DNA of 64,000 nt from positions 1 through 64,000 of the forward strand of contig NIVC01002036.1 of NCBI GenBank assembly GCA_002269645.1, in the 5' to 3' direction. This document shows positions 1-10,622 of the stretch, piece by piece. Position numbers and translations under genes: made by a program. This stretch comes from Macrostomum lignano (Eukaryota). Numbering within the stretch: position 1 is the first letter of the stretch; the number at the start of each line of letters is the position of its first letter. The notes under the pieces are model-generated. The model was given only the letters and a program-made list of their open reading frames with translations. It was not told the DNA's origin and searched no databases.

Positions 1-3000
1 TTGCCCTCCCAATTCCCTCCTATCCTGCCTATCCCCAATTTCCTCCTATCCTGCCACCCCCCAATTCCCTCCTATCTGCCCACCCCAATTCCCTCCTATC
101 TTGCCCACCCCAATTCCCTCCTATCCTGCCCACCCCAATTCCTTCCTATCCTGCCCATCCCCCAATTTCCGCCATCCTGCCCTTCAATCTTTTCACCCTT
201 GGGTTTTAAGCTATAAACCCAAGGCAATTCAAATCTAGAAATGGATTTCAAATTGGAAAATTGAATTCAGCATTTCAAGCACCTTTCAAAAGGCGAAACT
301 ATAGAGCTAGAAAATATGGAACTATTTAACTACCTTAAGTTCAATAAGTTATAGTTGGATATTGCCAACTCTTTTCAGGTGCCTCTATCTAAGCTAATGC
401 TAACAAAAATGTTGCAAGGTGTACTTTAATATTATATTTGTTCTAGTAAGCAGTTTTTCTGTGTCTCCCATTCTACCCCACCTTTCCTCCGTTCTACCCT
501 TCCATTCCTTCCATTCTACCCCTCCATTCCCTCCCATTCTACCCACCATTCCCTCCCATTCTACCCTTCCATTCCCTCACATTACCTCCATTCCCTCCCA
601 TTCTACCCTTCCATTCCTTCCCATTCTACCTCTTATGCCTTCATATACTCAATACTCTCCCGCTATACCCTCCATACCCTTCTATACCCATTCTTACCTC
701 CATATACCCTCCATACCATCCCTATACCCTCCATACCATTCCTATACCCTCAATACCATCCCTATACCCTCCATACCATCCTATACTCTCCTTATAACCT
801 CTCCATACCCTCCATACCCTCCATACTTTTTCTATACCCACCATGGACTCCTGTACCCTCTATGCCCTCCTATACTCTCCATACCCTCCTGCTTTCCTAT
901 CCTTCCCGCGTTATACTTTTCCCTATCCAGCCTCTACTATTCCCTCTTTCCACCTCCAGCGCCTCCCCTCTCTAGCCCTACCCTCTCTTCCTTTACTTTC
1001 CAGCCCCCATCCTCTACTCCCCTCCAGCGCCCACCCTCTTCTCCCATCAGCCCCTACCCTCTCCTCCACTCCAGCGCCCTCCCTCTCCTCCACTCCAGCG
1101 CCCTCCCTCTCCTCCACTCCAGGGCCCTCTCTCTCCACTCCAGCGCCCTCCCTCTCCTCCACTCCAGCGCCCTCCCTCTCCTCCACTCCAGCGCCCTCCT
1201 CTCCTCCACTCCAGCGCCCTCCCTCTCCTCCACTCCAGCGCCCTCCCTCTCTCCACTCCAGCGCCCTCCTTCTCCACTCCAGCGCCCTCCCTCTCCTCCA
1301 CTCCAGCGCCCTCCCTCTCCTCCACTCCAGGGCCTCTCTCTCTCCACTCCAGCGCCCTCCCTCTCCTCCACTCCAGCGCCCTCCCTCTCCTCCACTCCAG
1401 CGCCCTCCCTCTCCTCCACTCCAGCGCCCTCCTCTCTTCCACTCCAGCGCCCTCCTCTCCTCCACTCCAGCGCCCTCCTCTCCTCCACTCCAGCGCCCTC
1501 CCTCTCCTCCACTCCAGCGCCCTCCCTCTCCTCACTCCAGCGCCCTCCTCTCTCCTCCACTCCAGCGCCCTCCCTCTCCTCCACTCCAGCGCCCTCCCTC
1601 TCCTCCACTCCAGCGCCCTCCCTCTCCTCCACTCCAGCGCCCCCTCTCCTCCACTCCAGCGCCCTCCTCTCCTCCACTCCAGCGCCTCCCTCTCCTCCAC
1701 TCCAGCGCCCTCCTCTCCTCCACTCCAGCGCCCTCCCTCTCCTCCACTCAGCGCCCTCCCTCTCCTCCACTCCAGCGCCCTCCCTCTCCTCCACTCCAGC
1801 GCCTCCCTCTCCTCCACTCCAGCGCCCTCCCTCTCCTCCACTCCAGCGCCCTCCCTCTCCTCCACTCCAGCGCCCTCCCTCTCTCCACTCCAGCGCCCTC
1901 CCTCTCCTCCACTCCAGCGCCCTCCCTCTCCTCCACTCCAGCGCCCACCTCTACTCTCCTTGGTTATCCCTTCGTTACGCTCTTCCCTCCTCTCTGTTTT
2001 ACTTACTGTGTCATGCATAACCCGTCTGCTACAGTGTTCTTAAATAGCCTTTTATACCCTCCTCTTTCCCTAGCCCCTCCTCCCCCGGCGGCTCCCTTCT
2101 CGTAGCTCTGCTAATAAAATCGTAATTCTTCTTCTCTTCAGAATAATTTGCCCAGCTGCGAACTGTGATGGTGCATACCGGGTACTCGCAATTTAAAAAG
2201 CGTATGCTTCTTACTGATTTACTGATTTAATTCCGACGCAACCAAGCAAATCGTTTACTTTCAAGTCCGTGCATTTTCGTTCGGCGTTAATGCCGTGTGG
2301 CGTTGGTGTAATACTATCGCGAAATTCAATTTCCAATGTCATTATCTAACTATTGTCGCTTTTCTGTATTACAACTATATACAATACTTCTGCATTTATT
2401 GACGTAACATTGTGCCAATAATGTCACATTGTGTGCCTCAATATGAATCTGTTGCTGAATGCAACTTATAGCCCATTGACCAGTTTAATCGCTTGAAATA
2501 CATTGTAATGTAATACTGTATCGCTTTTGGCAATCGAAACGAGACTTTAGCCAGACTCCTCACTGATCCAAATGCTCCTCAAGCAAAGGTACGAGTATAT
2601 GGAAAGCAGACTGAGCTCCGCAGACTTAGTATATTTGATCTTCGGATCGCGGATAGAACCAAGGAAATCTTGGTACGTAAATAAAATTGGAGTCACTTTT
2701 CCTACTTCCACTTTCCCTGCTCTTTCCCTGACCACAGTCTGTGCCCCAGGCTCAAGTTAGACCAACGCAAAATACTAACCTGAATAGGAAGCAAGCAACT
2801 CACTTCCCACTCTAGTCTTTTTCTGCCACTGTTGTCTTGCAATACTCGCAAAGATCTCGTATGGCGTCCTATTTGAATTGGCGCGTCTCGTTAACGTAGT
2901 CGAAAGCAATACTGGTGCCAATTATTTGTGTCGATCAAGTTTCCTAGAGAATGATTTGTTGATAACTGTATATTCGCTGTCTTAGAGCTGCACGCTGTGT

Positions 3001-3283
3001 TTAACCATTACTTTGTCGTAGAGGAGCTGATGAAGGGAGGCGTTGGGGCGGACCTTTTGGAGGGGCGGAGCTGATGGGGGGCGGTAGCGGCGGAGCTTTT
3101 GGAGGGGCGGAGCTGATGGGGGCGGTAGCGGCGGAGCTTTTGGAGGGGCGGAGCTGATGGGGGCGTTAGGAGCGGAGCTGATGGGGGGCGGTAGGGGCGG
3201 AGCTGATGGAGGTGGATCGAAGGGGCGGAGTTGATGGAGGATGGTTTTTCTATTTATTCGACCGATTGAAGTATACACAACGT
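1..3283. repeat. Left arm of large inverted repeat (outer end lies outside the window)
   Basis: Reverse complement of 6816-10478. Inner junction: GAAGTATACACAACGT ending at 3283 vs ACGTTGTGTATACTTC starting at 6816. Unique parts nearly identical, e.g. the same 62-aa ORFs at 2572-2760(+) and 7667-7855(-). Confidence 0.93.
1050..1950. repeat. 24-bp pyrimidine-rich minisatellite (CTCCCTCTCCTCCACTCCAGCGCC), left-arm copy with many indel variants
   Basis: Direct inspection; period of 8 codons in repeat ORFs. Confidence 0.92.
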
Positions 3284-3446
3284 GTACGTGTATTCGAGCT
3301 ACGCTGGTAGTGTAGTTGTTTGTCTAGTATAGTTTATACATGTGTATACTGTAATGTACATGTAGTCTCACAATCTCATCAAAAGCTAGACATTTTATTT
3401 CTTTGGTTAGTAATCGTGGGGATATTAGATCCACATGCAGCTATCG

Positions 3447-4217
3447 TCATTCGGTGAAGTTATGAACCCAGTCCAGCTCGACCCAGTTGCACAGATTCTC
3501 AATTGGATTGCCAGTCCATGGTGCGGATGTTGTTCTCAGCAAGCTTCGGATCGTTGTCCTGCTGAAACTGGCAGCGCATCTACAGCCTCTGTCCATGATG
3601 CCCTCAATGCGAGTTATTGGCCCAGGTCCAGCTCTGGAGAATGCAGCCCACACCATGACATTGCCATCTACATGCTTCATGGAACCAACGGGGCACCTGG
3701 AATCGAATTCCTCACCAGCTCGGTGGCGCACATACCGGCGACCATCAGAACCAGTGCGGGAAAATTTGCTCTCATCACTCCAGATGACCTTGGCCCCAGT
3801 CCTGGGGTGTAGAGCTTGCATGTTGCTTCGCCCAGTTCAAGCGCCGCTTCCGGTTTTTGTCGGAGATGAATGGCTTCTTCCTAGCAATGCGGCCATGCAG
3901 TCCGGCAGCTACCAGACGGCGGCGGACAGTCATGGGGTGCAGCTGGACACCAAAAGTTTACGGCTGATGTCCACAGCGGTTAGCCGACGGTTGGACTCGG
4001 GCATTCGCACAATTCGTCGATCCAGTCGGTGGTCAGTTTTCGGTGCCCTGCCAGGTCTTGAGCCACAGTCTGTTTTGCCAGTGCTGCTGTGGCGCCTGAG
4101 TGCTTGCTGGACGCACGTTTTCTGCGTACGTGACTTTGGCACGCTGGGAAACTCCTTGGTCGAACAGGGCCCTGATTTTCCTACACGATTCAGGCGATAG
4201 AGCTTTGCCTTTCCCAT
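3447..4217 (-). pseudogene. Tc1-family transposase remnant (frameshifted, C-terminus degraded)
   Basis: N-terminal MGKAK...GSRPGRAPKTDHRLDRRIVRM..NRRLTAVDI (HTH region); in another frame VIWSDESKF (first catalytic D), GNVMVWAAFS, GPGPITRIEGIMD and NPIENL. Confidence 0.85.
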
Positions 4218-4332
4218 TCTAGGAGAGTTCGAGATCATTTTTGCTTGGAGTTGTATTGAACTTGATGTTTTGGACTTTGGAATCAGCAGGGGCCCCACTG
4301 TTGTAGCACCTACCTTTTAGCCCAATTAATTA

Positions 4333-4558
4333 AGTGGTCTTATTACTGTGTGACTTATCATATTCGATTGTGAGATAAGGACTTCAATTAAACAGACTCA
4401 ATTGTGAGTAATTACACAACACATAACTATAATTTTACTGATTGATACCACGGTTATCTATAACTGATTAGATTAAATGCTTCCGCAATCTGTGAAGGTT
4501 ATGAAACTATAAAAGTTCGAATTTGTGTTAGGTGGTCTTAATTCATTGTGCGCCACTT
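4333..4558 (-). mobile_element. Putative 5' TIR of the Tc1 remnant with IR/DR structure
   Basis: Minus strand TA|AAGTGGCGCACAATGAATTAAGACCACC at 4560-4531 (Tc1 ends are usually TA|CAGT) and an inner repeat CACAGTAATAAGACCAC near 4335-4350, about 200 bp apart. No partner TIR found. Confidence 0.5.
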
Positions 4559-4759
4559 TATGTATAATGTTGCTGAGTACTTTCAAGGCTCAATCCAATT
4601 ACATGTACCATGTCGGAGAGGCCGTCTAAATATGGCTAAAATTACACACTAAAAATAAAGCCTGAGAATTTGCATTTACATTGAGATAAGTAGTAGACCT
4701 TGGAACTGGTTAACAGGCCTCAAAACGAGGCAAGTGTTTTAAATTGAAACTAAACTGAT

Positions 4760-6187
4760 TGATGGGTTTCGACCTTCGGGCTCCTTGTTAGGGAAGCCTT
4801 CGGGCCTCAGGCTCAGAAATAAATCAATTAGAGACCTGGCCCCCCACTCCTGTCAGATGGTCAGCCCCATGGTAGCTTGATCGTGTGGCGAGCAGTCTAG
4901 GTCCTATAGCTAAGAGAGGGACAGCGAGAGACGAGCAGGGAGAATTTTGAAAGTAGAAATTAGCTAATCCGCAGATCAACTAACTTGCTGCCACCAGCCC
5001 GTGCGCCCTGGCTCACCACACCGGGACTCTCGAAATCGGGCTTCCGACTAGAAGGGGCTTTGCACTTACCTGCCAACTAGTGTCTTTTTGCTGTCAATCT
5101 CGAAGTCATAGCCGATGATAAGGGACACTGCTGGGACTAGATCGCGTTGGCCATGCAGGTACAGAGGGGACTTGTGCAGGGGATTCTTGCGGTGGCGAGT
5201 CTATGGGGTAGCTACATGTACTATTACATTGCTAAATACGAAGATATGTACTTTTAGCCTTCAACGCGCCAACTAGCCTCTCATAGCGCTGATGATAGGC
5301 TAACTCGAACCTCAGAGACCGCATGATTCATTTACCCGAGCCGCTTGGCTACCCTAGAGTGCACAAAGTACATCTCTGGCGCCGATTCTGCACTTTTGGC
5401 AGTTTTGCTCACTGATTTGTTAGATTGGTCGACTGAGAACTGCCTTGCCATTGGTCCACTGTGACCGGCGCCTACTAGCTTAGCTACTCATCTGAGCCAT
5501 CGGCGAACAAAGAAATAAAGCCGACAAAGATAACTGTTAGATTTAACCTTCTCCTTAATTCACTTCACACTTTAGATTGAATTGGAGTCTTAGACTACTG
5601 CTGGCAGTATTATTACTAGTATGGCCAGACATTATATCTAGTATAGATTCTATGACAATTTGCAGAAAAAAGATAAAAATGCCCCTTGCCCACTGTTAGT
5701 AGGCTAGTAAGTTTCGAGCCCATGTGCTAGCGCGGGATTTGGGAAAAAGTGCGTCCTCATCATGATACTGAAATTGAGCATGAAAAAGCTCATTGAGCAT
5801 CATTTTCTCTATAATGCAGCTGCTATCTCACGGGAGCTGCAAACACAGCTTTTAAATTGGGCTGAGTAGCTGATTGGGCCGCCTTGTTTCCACGGCGCCT
5901 CCGGTGTGCAGGAATACAGGTAGCTGCATGGTTTGGTGAGCCGGGGCGCACGGACTGGTGGCAGCGGGTTAGTTAATCGCGGGTTAGCTAATCTCTACCT
6001 TTCAAATTCTCCCTGCTTGTCTCTCGACTCGCTGTCTTCCCTTAGCTATAGGACCTTGCTGCTCGCCACACAATCCAGCTACCACGGGGCTGACCATCTG
6101 ACAGGAGTGAGAAGCCAGAGTTCTAAGTGATTCATTTCTGAGTTCTGAGGCCCAGAGCTACAGGCTTAAAAAGGCCGAACCCATCAG
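4760..6187. mobile_element. Inner ~260-bp inverted repeat pair (4760-5022 / 5931-6187); possible decayed Penelope-like element
   Basis: CACTCCTGTCAGATGGTCAGCCCC at 4844 vs GGGGCTGACCATCTGACAGGAGTG at 6086; roughly 80% identity by eye. Minus strand 5020-5205 gives a stop/frameshift-ridden HRLAT..HKSPLYLH..GYDF..ARFRES resembling a Penelope GIY-YIG C-terminus (weak). Confidence 0.45.
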
Positions 6188-6859
6188 AATGTTGCGGAGC
6201 TGCGTCATGCCATTGAAAACGCTTGGCAGCAGCTTCCCCAGGACTTTCTGCGCCGCCTCATCTTGGGGATGCCCCGCAGAGTCGCCGCACTTCAGCGTGC
6301 GAGGGATCGTTCTTAAGCATTTGTGATTCTAACTGCATATTGCAAAAAAATAATTGTGTTGATTTTGCTCGACTGACGTTATTATTGATTCACTCGCGGC
6401 GACTTATTTGCGAAACTCGAGGGTTGAATTGTGAGTGAGAAGTCCTCCCTCCCACAAGTCCACCTCTACCGGCCTCCCCCTCCATAAGCTCCGTCCCTAT
6501 AAGCTTCGACTGTCTCTGCACTGTCTCTCAATCTTGCGAGTGACGCAACTTATAGCTATACGCCACAAGACGACCTGGGTTGAGGAATGAAGTGGGGGAA
6601 GGGGATCGCGGTGTGCGAGAGTTGGACGGATTAAAGCTACGCCTCAGTTTTCTCGTATCTTTTATTTCAGAATAGTCCAAGCTAGAAGCTAGCTCACTGG
6701 CGCATAGAGTGGCGGCTTTTTTCAATGTTGCTTTGTCAGTGGGGATTCTCAACTTGACTGACAAGATACGAGTATTTTGTATGACTGGGTTCAAAACTTG
6801 ACTGAATGACGATATACGTTGTGTATACTTCAATCGGTCGAATAAATAGAAAAACCATC

Positions 6860-7390
6860 CTCCATCAACTCCGCCCCTTCGACCCCCCTCCATCAGCTCC
6901 GCCCCTCCAAAAGCTCCGCCGCTACCGCCCCATCAGCTCCGCCCCTACCGCCCCCATCAGCTCCGCCCCTACCGCCCCCATCAGCTCCGCTCCTACCGCC
7001 CCCATCAGCTCCGCCCCTCCAAAAGCTCCGCCGCTACCGCCCCCATCAGCTCCGCCCTACCGCCCCCATCAGCTCCGCCCCTACCGCCCCCCATCAGCTC
7101 CGCTCCTACCGCCCCATCAGCTCCGCCCCTCCAAAAGCTCCGCCGCTACCGCCCCATCAGCTCCGCCCCTACCGCCCCCATCAGCTCCGCTCCTACCGCC
7201 CCATCAGCTCCGCCCCTCCAAAAGCTCCGCCGCTACCGCCCCCCATCAGCTCCGCTCCTACCGCCCCCATCAGCTCCGCCCCTCCAAAAGCTCCGCCGCT
7301 ACCGCCCCCATCAGCTCCGCCCCTCCAAAAGCTCCGCCGCTACCGCCCCCCATCAGCTCCGCCCCTCCAAAAGGTCCGCCCCAACGCCTC
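6860..7390. repeat. GC-rich ~20-23-bp minisatellite (CCCCATCAGCTCCGCCCCT / CCAAAAGCTCCGCCGCTACCG); shorter mirror copy at ~3040-3230
   Basis: Direct inspection. Confidence 0.9.
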
Positions 7391-8483
7391 CCTTCATCAG
7401 CTCCTCTACGACAAAGTAATGGTTAAACACAGCGTGCAGCTCTAAGACAGCGAATATACAGTTATCAACAAATCATTCTCTAGGAAACTTGATCGACACA
7501 AATAATTGGCACCAGTATTGCTTTCGACTACGTTAACGAGACGCGCCAATTCAAATAGGACGCCATACGAGATCTTTGCGAGTATTGCAAGACAACAGTG
7601 GCAGAAAAAGACTAGAGTGGGAAGTGAGTTGCTTGCTTCCTATTCAGGTTAGTATTTTGCGTTGGTCTAACTTGAGCCTGGGGCACAGACTGTGGTCAGG
7701 GAAAGAGCAGGGAAAGTGGAAGTAGGAAAAGTGACTCCAATTTTATTTACGTACCAAGATTTCCTTGGTTCTATCCGCGATCCGAAGATCAAATATACTA
7801 AGTCTGCGGAGCTCAGTCTGCTTTCCATATACTCGTACCTTTGCTTGAGGAGCATTTGGATCAGTGAGGAGTCTGGCTAAAGTCTCGTTTCGATTGCCAA
7901 AAGCGATACAGTATTACATTACAATGTATTTCAAGCGATTAAACTGGTCAATGGGCTATAAGTTGCATTCAGCAACAGATTCATATTGAGGCCACACAAT
8001 GTGACATTATTGGCACAATGTTACGTCAATAAATGCAGAAGTATTGTATATAGTTGTAATACAGAAAAGCGACAATAGTTAGATAATGACATTGGAAATT
8101 GAATTTCGCGATAGTATTACACCAACGCCACACGGCATTAACGCCGAACGAAAATGCACGGACTTGAAAGTAAACGATTTGCTTGGTTGCGTCGGAATTA
8201 AATCAGTAAATCAGTAAGAAGCATACGCTTTTTAAATTGCGAGTACCCGGTATGCACCATCACAGTTCGCAGCTGGGCAAATTATTCTGAAGAGAAGAAG
8301 AATTACGATTTTATTAGCAGAGCTACGAGAAGGGGAGCCGCCGGGGGAGGAGGGGCTAGGGAAAGAGGAGGGTATAAAAGGCTATTTAAGAACACTGTAG
8401 CAGACGGGTTATGCATGACACAGTAAGTAAAACAGAGAGGAGGGAAGAGCGTAACGAAGGGATAACCAAGGAGAGTAGAGGGT

Positions 8484-9390
8484 GGGCGCTGGAGTGGAGG
8501 AGAGGGAGGGCGCTGGAGTGGAGGAGAGGGAGGGCGCTGGAGTGGAGGAGAGGGAGGGCGCTGGAGTGGAGGAGAGGGAGGGCGCTGGAGTGGAGGAGAG
8601 GGAGGGCGCTGGAGTGGAGGAGAGGGAGGGCGCTGGAGTGGAGGAGAGGGAGGGCGCTGGAGTGGAGGAGAGGGAGGGCGCTGGAGTGGAGGAGAGGGAG
8701 GGCGCTGGAGTGGAGGAGAGGGAGGGCGCTGGAGTGGAGGAGAGGGAGGGCGCTGGAGTGGAGGAGAGGGAGGGCGCTGGAGTGGAGGAGAGGGAGGGCG
8801 CTGGAGTGGAGGAGAGGGAGGGCGCTGGAGTGGAGGAGAGGGAGGGCGCTGGAGTGGAGGAGAGGGAGGGCGCTGGAGTGGAGGAGAGGGAGGGCGCTGG
8901 AGTGGAGGAGAGGGAGGGCGCTGGAGTGGAGGAGAGGGAGGGCGCTGGAGTGGAGGAGAGGGAGGGCGCTGGAGTGGAGGAGAGGGAGGGCGCTGGAGTG
9001 GAAGAGAGGGAGGGCGCTGGAGTGGAGGAGAGGGAGGGCGCTGGAGTGGAGGAGAGGGAGGGCGCTGGAGTGGAGGAGAGGGAGGGCGCTGGAGTGGAGG
9101 AGAGAGAGGGCCCTGGAGTGGAGGAGAGGGAGGGCGCTGGAGTGGAGGAGAGGGAGGGCGCTGGAGTGGAGGAGAGGGAGGGCGCTGGAGTGGAGGAGAG
9201 GGAGGGCGCTGGAGTGGAGGAGAGGGAGGGCGCTGGAGTGGAGGAGAGGGAGGGCGCTGGAGTGGAGGAGAGGGAGGGCGCTGGAGTGGAGGAGAGGGAG
9301 GGCGCTGGAGTGGAGAGAGAGGGCCCTGGAGTGGAGGAGAGGGAGGGCGCTGGAGTGGAGGAGAGGGAGGGCGCTGGAGTGGAGGAGAGG
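8484..9390. repeat. 24-bp purine-rich minisatellite (GGCGCTGGAGTGGAGGAGAGGGAG), ~37 near-perfect copies
   Basis: Period 24 (8581 to 8605). Confidence 0.95.
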
Positions 9391-10622
9391 GTAGGGGCTG
9401 ATGGGAGAAGAGGGTGGGCGCTGGAGGGGAGTAGAGGATGGGGGCTGGAAAGTAAAGGAAGAGAGGGTAGGGGCTAGAGAGGGGGAGGCGCTGGAGGTGG
9501 AAAGAGGGAATAGTAGAGGCTGGATAGGGAAAAGTATAACGCGGGAAGGATAGGAAAAGCAGGAGGGTATGGAGAGTATAGGGAGGGCATAGAGGGTACA
9601 GGGAGTCCATGGGTGGGTATAGAAAAAGTATGGAGGGTATGGAGGGTATGGAGAGGTTATAAGGAGAGTATAGGGATGGTATGGAGGGTATAGGGATGGT
9701 ATTGAGGGTATAGGAATGGTATGGAGGGTATAGGGATGGTATGGAGGGTATATGGAGGGTAAGAATGGGTATAGAAGGGTATGGAGGGTATAGGGAGAGT
9801 ATTGAGGGTATATGGAAGGCATAGAGGGTAGAATGGGAAGGAATGGAAGGGTAGAATGGGAGGGAATGGAGGGGGTAGAATGTGAGGGAATGGAAGGGTA
9901 GAATGGGAGGGAATGGAAGGGTAGAATGGGAGGGAATGGAGGGGTAGAATGGGAAGGAATGGAAGGGTAGAACGGGAGGGAAAGGTGGGGTAGAATGGGA
10001 GACACAGAAAAACTGCTTACTAGAACAAATATAATATTAAAGTACACCTTGCAACATTTTTGTTAGCATTAGCTAGATAGAGGCACCTGGAAAAGAGTTG
10101 GCAATATCCAACTATAACTTATTGAACTTAAGGTAGTTAAATAGTTCCATATTTTCTAGCTCTATAGTTTCGCCTTTTTGAAAGGTGCTTGAAATGCTGA
10201 ATTCAATTTTCCAATTTGAAATCCATTTCTAGATTTTGAATTGCCTTGGGTTTATAGCTTAAAACCCAAGGGTGAAAAGATTGAAGGGCAGGATGGCGGA
10301 AATTGGGGGATGGGCAGGATAGGAAGGAATTGGGGGGTGGGCAGGATAGGAGGGAATTGGGGGGTGGGCAAGATAGGAGGGAATTGGGGGGTGGGCAGGA
10401 TAGGAGGGAATTGGGGGGGTGGGCAGGATAGGAGGGAATTGGGGGATAGGCAGGATAGGAGGGAATTGGGGAGGGCAAAGATGGGAGATAATTGAGAAGC
10501 ATGATATAAAGGAATTAAGAGAGGGAAAAAGTAAAAATATAATGATTGAGAGAACAGACATAGGTAGAGGATAGGCAGACTAGAGTAGATATGCCTAGGC
10601 TAAATGCAATATAAGTATATAA

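Larger units (their letters stand above)
6816..10478. repeat. Right arm of large inverted repeat (foldback-like)
   Basis: Mirror of 1-3283; position 10478 corresponds to position 1. The true outer end cannot be fixed from this window. Confidence 0.93.

Noticed and set aside
419-2105. Long Pro/Ser/Leu-rich ORFs on both strands, mirrored at 8303-10047
   Set aside because: Translations of a 24-bp repeat and CT-rich tracts that happen to lack stops in several frames; no coding signature.
2547-2760. 62-aa ORFs identical in both arms
   Set aside because: Identity reflects the recent duplication; no recognisable domain or splice context.
6528-6893. 121-aa minus-strand ORF crossing the arm boundary
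   Set aside because: Chimeric across the junction; no motif recognised.
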